A DNA stretch of 31,356 nt. Origin: a virus. Taxonomy: Duplodnaviria > Caudoviricetes. The translations under genes and the position numbers were made by a program. Below the pieces are notes generated by a model that was not told the origin of the DNA, did no database searches, and saw only the letters and a program-made list of their open reading frames with translations. The stretch lies in IMG/VR virus record IMGVR_UViG_3300020045_008438, positions 1 to 31,356 of that record, one strand, 5' to 3'. This document shows positions 1-6,547 of this stretch, piece by piece. The first letter of the stretch is position 1, and every line of letters begins with the position of its first letter.

Positions 1-113
1 AACGAGCATATCCCAACGGGCTTCGCTTTGTCAATATTTTTTTTCAACTTTTTTTCATCTGTTTTTTCGAGGCGCGCCGACAAACGGGTTTGACAACAAA
101 TCTGTTTCATTTT
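1..113. repeat. Left copy of a perfect inverted repeat (partner 2718-2830); may extend beyond the window edge
   Basis: Reverse complement of 1-113 matches 2718-2830 base for base, including the T8, T7 and T6 runs; first mismatch at 114/2717. Confidence 0.97.
5..34 (-). promoter_or_regulatory. Sigma70-type promoter firing leftward out of the window
   Basis: On the - strand: TTGACA (34-29), 18 nt spacer, TATGCT (10-5), with upstream A-tracts resembling an UP element. Identical to 2797-2826. Confidence 0.7.
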
Positions 114-126
114 CTCCCCCTACCCC

Positions 127-492
127 CTAACGTCTAACGTTTTTTCCGTTTTGGTTTTCACCCCCTGACATGTGCCTCTCGATGGTTGTTATGCGACTGT
201 GACATGGCTTGCATAGGGCGCGCAGATTGTTCCAGTCGAGTCGAGCGCCGCCTGCACGCATTGCCTGCACATGGTGAACCTCCGTGGCGGGCGCAGACGC
301 ACAGGCCGAGCATAGCGGGTGCCGACGCAGATAGACTGCACGGCATCTCCGCCACGTCTCATCGTAGCCGAGTTTGCTGGGACTCTCGCGTGGGGCTTCT
401 GGTTTAAGTGTATGCTCTTGGCAATAAGAGCCGACCGTGATTAGGTTGCGGCATCCAGGGGCGGCACAGGCGTGAGGTGCTCTACTTGGCAT
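127..492 (-). CDS. HNH endonuclease, terminase-associated type (HK97 gp74-like)
   Basis: MPSRAPHACAAPGC..YCQEH N-terminal Zn motif, GYDETW, CSAC, EVHH, NLRALCKPCHSRIT. Start set at ATG 492 because the MP..P..C...GC start is typical of this family. Confidence 0.9.
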   Translation of the reverse strand: MPSRAPHACAAPGCRNLITVGSYCQEHTLKPEAPRESPSKLGYDETWRRCRAVYLRRHPLCSACASAPATEVHHVQAMRAGGARLDWNNLRALCKPCHSRITTIERHMSGGENQNGKNVRR

Positions 493-715
493 GTTGTGCG
501 TCAATAACCGCCTTGTAAGTCTGGGTGTTACCCCGCACATAGGCGCGTGGGTTAAACTCCAGTTGTTTGGCGTTAAGCCGCGCGTACTCTGCGTTGCGCT
601 CTGCGGCGCTTTGCCACAGTCCCAAATCGTCAATCACAAACACGATCAACATCAGGGTTAGAATTACGGCTAACAGCATGCTTGTTACAATTAGTTGTCG
701 GTCGGTTAGTTTCAT
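482..715 (-). CDS. Small protein with N-terminal transmembrane helix
   Basis: 77 aa; hydrophobic LIVTSMLLAVILTLMLIVFVI; stop overlaps the HNH start. Confidence 0.7.
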   Translation of the reverse strand: MKLTDRQLIVTSMLLAVILTLMLIVFVIDDLGLWQSAAERNAEYARLNAKQLEFNPRAYVRGNTQTYKAVIDAQHAK

Positions 716-722
716 GACCTAA

Positions 723-752
723 CACATACTCTCGCGCGCGCACTCTTGTCAA
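723..752 (-). promoter_or_regulatory. Candidate leftward promoter of a divergent pair
   Basis: - strand TTGACA (752-747), 18 nt, TATGTG (728-723), a few nt upstream of ATG 715. Confidence 0.45.
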
Positions 753-811
753 CCCAAACTTTCCCTTAACAATCACAACCGCACAGAAAGTTGCAAAACA
801 TAATTTATCTC

Positions 812-840
812 TTGACATTGCAAGCACCTCGTGATAAAAG
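812..840 (+). promoter_or_regulatory. Candidate rightward promoter for the HTH-replication operon
   Basis: TTGACA (812-817), 17 nt, TG-extended TAAAAG (835-840); TATACT also at 843-848; ATG at 849. Confidence 0.55.
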
Positions 841-848
841 GCTATACT

Positions 849-1118
849 ATGACAAACGATAAACCAAAACTTCATCCCGCAGTTCTTAAGTTCTTTCGCC
901 GTGCCGGTCGCAAGGGAGGCTTGAGCCGTAGCCCTGCAAAGGTAGCATCTTCGCGGCGCAATATCTTGAAAGTGAATCAGAAGATCGACCAAGAAATGGC
1001 TGACGCCATCGTCGATAAGTGGAGTGCTGGCAAAAAGACGATTGTCGAACTGGCTGAAGAGTACCGTGTCCATTGGCGCACAATCTACCGGATCGTTCGC
1101 AGAGGAAGAGAAGCATGA
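849..1118 (+). CDS. KGG-motif plus C-terminal helix-turn-helix DNA-binding protein (paralogue 1)
   Basis: GRKGGLSRSPAK..SRRN, then TIVELAEEYRVHWRTIYRIV (HTH); ATGA overlap with the next gene. Confidence 0.8.
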   Translation: MTNDKPKLHPAVLKFFRRAGRKGGLSRSPAKVASSRRNILKVNQKIDQEMADAIVDKWSAGKKTIVELAEEYRVHWRTIYRIVRRGREA

Positions 1119-2272
1119 CAAGACCAAGAAACCCGCACTACACTTATCGCAAAGTCTGCCCGATTGTCTGGATAGACCTGAGAGGCTTTAGCCAGGAAGA
1201 GAAGTTGGTTGCGCTGTACTTGCTATCATCCGACCAAAATAACCGAATCGGAATCTTCAACTTCTCTCCCGCCAAAGCGTGCGAACAGTTAGAGATGGAT
1301 TATGGGCGTTTCCTCGCCGCGTTTTCGCGTGTTTGTGAGTCGTTTGGGTGGCGTTACGATGCTCAATATCTCGTTTTATATCTCCCCTCTTGGTTCAAGT
1401 ATAACCAGCCGACGAACCCAAACGAGATGAGCGGAATCTTGCAAGATTTGAAGTCGCTTCCAAAACAATCTCCCTTGATTTCCGAGTTTATGCGGAACCG
1501 GAAACACATACCCCAAAGCCTTATACCCGTCTTTTCCGATGGGGTTAAAGGGTTAGGGGAAGCCTTACCCCAAGCCTTACCCATACCCTTGGGTGAAGGA
1601 AAGCCTTACCCTAAGCCTTGCCCTAAGCCTTGCCCTAAGCCTTGGGGTAACCAAGAACAAGAACAAGAACAAGAACAAGAACAAGAACAAAATATCTTTC
1701 CCCCTACCCCCAAACAGACAGAACAAACCAAAAAACCCGTCGATCCACAAAACGCGAACGACTCGACACCCTCGACGCAATCCAAACCGAAACCCAAACA
1801 GCCGCACGACCCCACATCCGAAGTAGCCTCAGCAATCGTCGAGTCGTATCGCGTCCGGGTTAGGCTCGGCGGGTCAAACCCTCGACGTCAGGACGGCGTG
1901 CAGCACGTGCTAACACTACTCCGAACCGGCGCGGCAACCACAGAGCAACTATATGCGTGCATCGAGCACGCCAAAACCTACCTCGACTCGATAGGGCGAG
2001 CCGTCGAATACCGGTGGATTGCCCCGAATTTTTTCTCACCGCGTAAAAACCTCTGGCGCGAGTATCTCGAACCGCCAGCCCCCGAGCCTGTCGCGCCGGC
2101 GGCGGCGGAGCTGGAGGTACGTCGAAACAACGCCCTAATCATGCCGACACGCCCACCGGTGCCCGAACCCGATGATGAATGGGAGGAGCCGCCAGAGCCG
2201 ACAGACGAGGAGATTCGCGCCGAATTCTACGCCTGTCACCCCGAATTTGCCCCACAGGAGGCCACGCAATGA
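1115..2272 (+). CDS. Phage replication initiator (replisome-organiser type)
   Basis: N-terminal YRKV..IVW.D..KLVALYLL..NRIGIF wHTH-like domain, central iteron and QEQEQE linker with PPTP, C-terminal domain; coupled ATGA start. Confidence 0.8.
   Translation: MTRPRNPHYTYRKVCPIVWIDLRGFSQEEKLVALYLLSSDQNNRIGIFNFSPAKACEQLEMDYGRFLAAFSRVCESFGWRYDAQYLVLYLPSWFKYNQPTNPNEMSGILQDLKSLPKQSPLISEFMRNRKHIPQSLIPVFSDGVKGLGEALPQALPIPLGEGKPYPKPCPKPCPKPWGNQEQEQEQEQEQEQNIFPPTPKQTEQTKKPVDPQNANDSTPSTQSKPKPKQPHDPTSEVASAIVESYRVRVRLGGSNPRRQDGVQHVLTLLRTGAATTEQLYACIEHAKTYLDSIGRAVEYRWIAPNFFSPRKNLWREYLEPPAPEPVAPAAAELEVRRNNALIMPTRPPVPEPDDEWEEPPEPTDEEIRAEFYACHPEFAPQEATQ
1560..1647 (+). repeat. Iterons of the putative replication origin
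   Basis: AAGCCTT(A/G)CCC at 1560, 1572, 1601, 1613 and 1625, partial copies at 1637 and 1516; 12-bp period; located inside the initiator gene as in lambda O. Confidence 0.8.
1652..1690 (+). repeat. (CAAGAA)6.5 purine-rich tandem repeat next to the iterons
   Basis: Perfect hexamer repeat encoding QEQEQEQEQEQEQ. Confidence 0.9.
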
Positions 2273-2724
2273 TTGACACCAACCCTGCACAGTGGATTCT
2301 CGCGATCGCGAAACTCCGCTCGTTAACACCGAACAACGCGCAGTATTTCGCCGACTCAGAACAGGTCTATCAAACATGGTTCGCCCCGCTGCGATACCTA
2401 CACCGCGACGGCAATACGATATTCCTCCGCGCCCCGCACGAATGCAGCGCGCGGCACATTCTCCGGAGATATACAGACGCAATTTGCAACGCATACGGCG
2501 ACGGAGTGGACGAACTGGATATTTTCTGGCCGGACGCAACCCCTGACAAATGCCCGCCACGGCGTTTTCGTCCGCCGGACGATATAATAAACCACGGGGC
2601 AGGCAGAGAAAATGCCGCCACGGGGCGCGGAGCCGTCAAAAACGAGACGTCTGGGGTGATGGCTGGAGGACATGACACTCCAGCAAGCACAGAACGGCCA
2701 AACCAGACACGGGAGATAAAATGA
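2269..2724 (+). CDS. Stand-alone DnaA N-terminal (domain I)-like protein
   Basis: W..AIAKL...YQTWFAPL....NTIFLRAPHE.SA..I.RRY...I matches the DnaA domain I pattern; AGGAGG RBS and ATGA coupling to the initiator; no AAA+ domain. Confidence 0.75.
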   Translation: MIDTNPAQWILAIAKLRSLTPNNAQYFADSEQVYQTWFAPLRYLHRDGNTIFLRAPHECSARHILRRYTDAICNAYGDGVDELDIFWPDATPDKCPPRRFRPPDDIINHGAGRENAATGRGAVKNETSGVMAGGHDTPASTERPNQTREIK

Positions 2725-2830
2725 AACAGATTTGTTGTCAAACCCGTTTGTCGGCGCGCCTCGAAAAAACAGATGAAAAAAAGTTGAAAAAAAATATTGA
2801 CAAAGCGAAGCCCGTTGGGATATGCTCGTT
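2718..2830. repeat. Right copy of the perfect 113-bp inverted repeat
   Basis: Exact reverse complement of 1-113. Confidence 0.97.
2797..2826 (+). promoter_or_regulatory. Strong sigma70-type early promoter
   Basis: A-tracts 2764-2794, TTGACA 2797-2802, 18 nt, TATGCT 2821-2826; followed by hairpin GGTCGAG-TCCCG-CTCGACC (2836-2854). Confidence 0.75.
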
Positions 2831-2891
2831 AATAAGGTCGAGTCCCGCTCGACCACACGGCGAAAACAGCACACAACAGGGGGACAGGACA

Positions 2892-3155
2892 ATGACAAAC
2901 GCAGAAAAAACCAACACAATCATCACATCACTACGTAACGCCACGCACGACGCTAACGACGTAATAGCGGTGGCGGCGAGTCAGATGTTGGACCAGACAT
3001 CCACAACGATTTACATCTGTACGAATGCGGAAACATTAGGCCTAACGGAGGCCGCCTATAACACATCCCTATACACCGATGTAACGGACATCGTGCACGC
3101 TGCTGGGCTCCAGTGGCTCTCTGCGGGCAGTTATGTGGACTGGCATGGAGGCTAG
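2892..3155 (+). CDS. Hypothetical early protein; frame stays open past its TAG to TAA 3284
   Basis: Purine-rich RBS (GGGGACAGGA) before ATG 2892; 87 aa to TAG; 42 further sense codons. Confidence 0.65.
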   Translation: MTNAEKTNTIITSLRNATHDANDVIAVAASQMLDQTSTTIYICTNAETLGLTEAAYNTSLYTDVTDIVHAAGLQWLSAGSYVDWHGG

Positions 3156-3290
3156 CTAAACAACGCTCGCCACATCGGATATGTCGCCACCCATGCCCCC
3201 GCGTGGCTGGTCTCCAATGATCTACTGTGCGATATGTGGGCGGCATTCGCGCGATCAATAAATGATGCAGGAGGCAACGTGTAAGGCTGC

Positions 3291-3656
3291 ATGACCAATG
3301 ACCACAAAAAAACACCTGTTAACCTGCCGCTCGACATCCGAGCCGTGTTTGCCGCGTGTGGGCGTCGCGGGGGGAGTGCCCGGAGCACGCGCAAAACACT
3401 CGCCGCCCGTCGCAACGCGCGGCGTGGCGGCAGACCCCCGCTCGCAGGGCGGCGCAACGCCACGGCGTCCATCGCGTGGCGGATAGTGCGGGCCTATGCG
3501 CGAGGCGTCGCGAGGCGCGAATTGGCGGCGAAATATAACGTGCATTACAGGACAATTTGCAGGCTGGTCGCTCATGCGAGCGGCAACCCGGACGGCGACG
3601 AATCCCGAGACGCGAAAACCACTCACTCTCCATCTCGTCGCCGTACCGGGCAATAA
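3291..3656 (+). CDS. KGG-motif plus HTH DNA-binding protein (paralogue 2)
   Basis: MTND start, GRRGGSARSTRK..AARRNARRGGRP, RRELAAKYNVHYRTICRLV. Confidence 0.8.
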   Translation: MTNDHKKTPVNLPLDIRAVFAACGRRGGSARSTRKTLAARRNARRGGRPPLAGRRNATASIAWRIVRAYARGVARRELAAKYNVHYRTICRLVAHASGNPDGDESRDAKTTHSPSRRRTGQ

Positions 3657-3676
3657 ACACGGAGGAGGGAAACAGG

Positions 3677-3925
3677 ATGCAAAATCTAAATCTGTGGCAT
3701 GTTTGTTATATGTTTGAGTCCGCGATTCCAGACCGGTGGGAACTGATCGACCTGTATGATAAATTGTTACAAGAGGCCATACAGTCTGACGCTGGCAAAA
3801 TTAGTGTGCTGTGTCTCAATTGCGTGGACACAGAATCATCATGGGTGCGTATTACGCTAACACAGTCCGAGATTCAGCAATTAATTGATAGAGATATTAT
3901 AGATCGAGAGGAGAACGCCCCATAA
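3677..3925 (+). CDS. Hypothetical protein
   Basis: GGAGGAGG RBS before ATG 3677; TAATG coupling to the next gene. Confidence 0.65.
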   Translation: MQNLNLWHVCYMFESAIPDRWELIDLYDKLLQEAIQSDAGKISVLCLNCVDTESSWVRITLTQSEIQQLIDRDIIDREENAP

Positions 3926-4269
3926 TGAACGACAAAAACGAGTTGACCCTCAGAAGCATCGTCGGGCTGGTCGAATCGGCTGATGCCGCGCTCGACAAAA
4001 TCATCAGAGACTGTATCTCCCGACCAGCCGACCAAACCCCTCGAACAATCGGAATCAAAATCGAGATTGTCCCCAACTCGCGCGCAGGTCGAAATGGGAT
4101 GCTCATCATGCCCGATTTCAAATTCACCGTTGAGTCCGGCATCCGTGAGCGAGATTCGGACTCCTGCCGCCTGATGATAACGGCGGCGGGAAACCACTAT
4201 ATTGCTACTCTGGTTTCGAGCGCCGACGATCCAGGGCAGATGACCATCGACGACGTCAGGGAGGACTAA
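3925..4269 (+). CDS. Hypothetical phage protein
   Basis: 114-aa ORF with coupled start, in operon orientation. Confidence 0.7.
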   Translation: MNDKNELTLRSIVGLVESADAALDKIIRDCISRPADQTPRTIGIKIEIVPNSRAGRNGMLIMPDFKFTVESGIRERDSDSCRLMITAAGNHYIATLVSSADDPGQMTIDDVRED

Positions 4270-4270
4270 A

Positions 4271-4372
4271 ATGAGTCTAAAAAAAATGTGGCAGACGTAT
4301 GACCCCCCGATATTTGCCGTGTTGTACATAGCGTGTTTTATGTGTGCCGCGATGATTATGAATTATTGTTGA
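4271..4372 (+). CDS. Small hydrophobic peptide (33 aa)
   Basis: Hand-translated MSLKKMWQTYDPPIFAVLYIACFMCAAMIMNYC; GGGAGG RBS; fills an intergenic gap. Confidence 0.5.
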   Translation: MSLKKMWQTYDPPIFAVLYIACFMCAAMIMNYC

Positions 4373-4386
4373 GAGGAGCGAGTGAG

Positions 4387-4575
4387 ATGGCTGATTTTAC
4401 GCGCAAACCAGCCGAGTTTGAGCTTATCGGATTGATCCTGATGTGGATCGGAGTGGCAGTTTTGGTCGCCTGTGCCTATCTCGCAAACTATTGGTTAGGT
4501 ATGTATGCAACCGGATTGGTTTTAATTTGGATCGGCAACGATTTGTCCGAACCGCGAAAACACTGGAGGTGCTAA
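4387..4575 (+). CDS. Small two-TM membrane protein
   Basis: GAGGAG RBS; LIGLILMWIGVAVLVACAYL and WLGMYATGLVLIWIG. Confidence 0.65.
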   Translation: MADFTRKPAEFELIGLILMWIGVAVLVACAYLANYWLGMYATGLVLIWIGNDLSEPRKHWRC

Positions 4576-4959
4576 ATGCAAATCATCGACATGCACAGAT
4601 CACACAATATCCGCTGGGCTGGGCTGCATCTGTATGGCTCGTATGCACGATGGAGTGCGGCAGCGGAATTGAGCCAAAGCGCCGTTCGCCGCGCGGGAGG
4701 GATAGAAAATCCCGAATGGTCTTACCGTATTACAAAAACGACCTGCAACAGGCTCATGGCGTCGCTCCTGCTCGACTCGTGGGACGATCTATCGCTGGAG
4801 CCGGAGGAGTTTCGCGCGTTGACTCTCGCGCGGGTTGCGGCAGAAATCCAACGTCGCAAATTGGCATTGCGGAAACCGTCGTTTTGGTGCAGATGCGTCA
4901 AATGGCTGGCGACAAAACTTGAAAACACAATCCCGAATGGAGGTGTGAAAAATGCTTAG
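4576..4959 (+). CDS. Hypothetical protein
   Basis: GGAGGT RBS; 127-aa ORF abutting both neighbours. Confidence 0.65.
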   Translation: MQIIDMHRSHNIRWAGLHLYGSYARWSAAAELSQSAVRRAGGIENPEWSYRITKTTCNRLMASLLLDSWDDLSLEPEEFRALTLARVAAEIQRRKLALRKPSFWCRCVKWLATKLENTIPNGGVKNA

Positions 4960-5164
4960 ACCGATAATTTTCAGAGCCTACGCGCTAACCCGCTGGGAGT
5001 TAGAGCAAATAAAAGCCGACGATATCCGGCGGTTTGCAGCCAACGTTTTCAGCATGATGATGATCGTACTGTTTCTCGCAATAATGGGACTCGCAGCGAC
5101 GGGCATTTCCGACGATTCCGAGCCTACAATCCACGAACGACAGGAGGTACAAACGAAATGGTAA
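4952..5164 (+). CDS. Small membrane protein
   Basis: GGAGGTG RBS; one TM segment VFSMMMIVLFLAIMGLAA. Confidence 0.65.
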   Translation: MLRPIIFRAYALTRWELEQIKADDIRRFAANVFSMMMIVLFLAIMGLAATGISDDSEPTIHERQEVQTKW

Positions 5165-5325
5165 CAGAACGGCAACTCGATGAATTGTGGTATGACTACA
5201 CCGCTGTTGGCAAAAAACGGGTAGCATGGAAAGCCGCCGAACGCGCCGAACGCGCCGCACGCCTCGAACAACAGCCCCGCGCGAACGCAGAAACGCAGGA
5301 GGATGCGGACAATGACAGACTTTGA
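5158..5325 (+). CDS. Hypothetical protein (55 aa)
   Basis: Hand-translated MVTERQLDELWYDY...; AGGAGG RBS; overlaps both neighbours. Confidence 0.55.
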   Translation: MVTERQLDELWYDYTAVGKKRVAWKAAERAERAARLEQQPRANAETQEDADNDRL

Positions 5326-6178
5326 AATCGTCACAAACCCAACGGTTATAGAACAGGCAACGCGCGCGGAGATTGACACTCAGATCGCAACGGCGAAACG
5401 GTATCCGATGCACTCCGACGGAGCAGGTATCGCGCGATTTACGCGGCAGGCAATGGCGATGGCGACACAATCAGAGGAGGTCGCCGAATCCTGTTTTTAC
5501 ACGCTGAAGCGGAGGGACGAGGACGGCACAATCAAACTAATCCAGGGGCCGTCGGTGCGACTCGTGGAAATTGCATGCGCGGCGTATGGAAATATCCGTC
5601 GCGCTAATCAGGTCAAGGAAATCACGGACTCTCACGTTGTAGCGCAGGGAGGATGTCACGACCTAGAAAACAACGTTGCCTATCAAACCGAGGTGCGCCG
5701 CCGCATAACGGGAAAATCAGGCAAACGCTACTCCGCCGACATGATCCTCGTCACTGCGAACGCAGCGTGCGCGATTGCCGGACGCAACGCCGGACTGGGC
5801 GTAATTCCCCGCTCTCTTATAATGCCGATCTACGAGGCTGCCGTCAAAGCCACGGTTGGCAACGCCGCCGTGCCCATTGAGGTGCGGAGGCAGAGAGCCA
5901 TTGATAAATTCACACTTTTGGGAGTGGATAAAGAGAGGCTTTTGCGGGAAATAAACGTGCCGACCGTTGACGCGCTAACGGTTGAACATCTATCCGGGTT
6001 AGTAGGGCTATACAACGCGATCAAGCAAGGCGAGACCACCGTTGACGAAGCGTTTCCCGTCGCCGCGCCCGTGCCGACCGCCGACCCGAAAGCCTTTGTG
6101 CCGATCCCCGAGGCGCCCGTCGATGACAAGAAGCGCAAACCCGCCGCTGCTCAGGAGGTGAACAATGAAAATCGATGA
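5312..6178 (+). CDS. Putative ssDNA-annealing/recombination protein (family often labelled RecT-like)
   Basis: RAEIDTQIATAKRYP, AESCFY, IQGPSVRL.E....YGN motifs; lies upstream of a PD-(D/E)XK nuclease. Confidence 0.6.
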   Translation: MTDFEIVTNPTVIEQATRAEIDTQIATAKRYPMHSDGAGIARFTRQAMAMATQSEEVAESCFYTLKRRDEDGTIKLIQGPSVRLVEIACAAYGNIRRANQVKEITDSHVVAQGGCHDLENNVAYQTEVRRRITGKSGKRYSADMILVTANAACAIAGRNAGLGVIPRSLIMPIYEAAVKATVGNAAVPIEVRRQRAIDKFTLLGVDKERLLREINVPTVDALTVEHLSGLVGLYNAIKQGETTVDEAFPVAAPVPTADPKAFVPIPEAPVDDKKRKPAAAQEVNNENR

Positions 6179-6395
6179 CTGCTATCTAACCGACGACCCT
6201 GTAACGCCAGTCTGCGCAAACGGAGCGTTTGAATTTGCAACGGATGAAATGAATAACACATTGGCAATGGCGATCCACCTTCACCAATCGCGCCATCTGC
6301 CAATGGACAGAGAGGTGATGGAGCTAATCGACATAATTCGCGCTTACGACGCAAAACTCTACGATCTATCGGAGCACGCAACATGGGACGAATAA
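6165..6395 (+). CDS. Hypothetical protein
   Basis: AGGAGGTG RBS; 76 aa. Confidence 0.6.
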   Translation: MKIDDCYLTDDPVTPVCANGAFEFATDEMNNTLAMAIHLHQSRHLPMDREVMELIDIIRAYDAKLYDLSEHATWDE

Positions 6396-6547
6396 CCACC
6401 GACAAACGCAACCGGCTCATTGCCGAGGAAATCGAACGGCGCGGACTCGACTGCGAGAGCGAAGCCGACGTTGAGGAAATTGAGTCCATCGCGGACGAAA
6501 TAGACGCGGCGGCGGAAAACGAGTGGGAGGCCCAGCATGACCACTAA
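6383..6547 (+). CDS. Small acidic protein (54 aa)
   Basis: Hand-translated MGRITTDKRNRLIAEEIERRGLDCESEADVEEIESIADEIDAAAENEWEAQHDH; GGAG RBS. Confidence 0.55.
   Translation: MGRITTDKRNRLIAEEIERRGLDCESEADVEEIESIADEIDAAAENEWEAQHDH

Noticed and set aside
127-492. HNH as a mobile homing endonuclease
   Set aside because: Size and N-terminal Cys motif fit the terminase-associated packaging HNH; no intron or interrupted host gene.
114-2717. IS element or transposon bounded by the inverted repeats
   Set aside because: No transposase or recombinase inside; the contents are core phage genes.
2721-2891. N-terminal extension MKQICCQ... of ORF 2721-3155 (mirrored from position 110 leftward)
   Set aside because: It runs through A-tracts, a consensus promoter and a hairpin; ATG 2892 has its own RBS. 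A GGGAG precedes the ATG in both repeat copies, so translation is not fully excluded.
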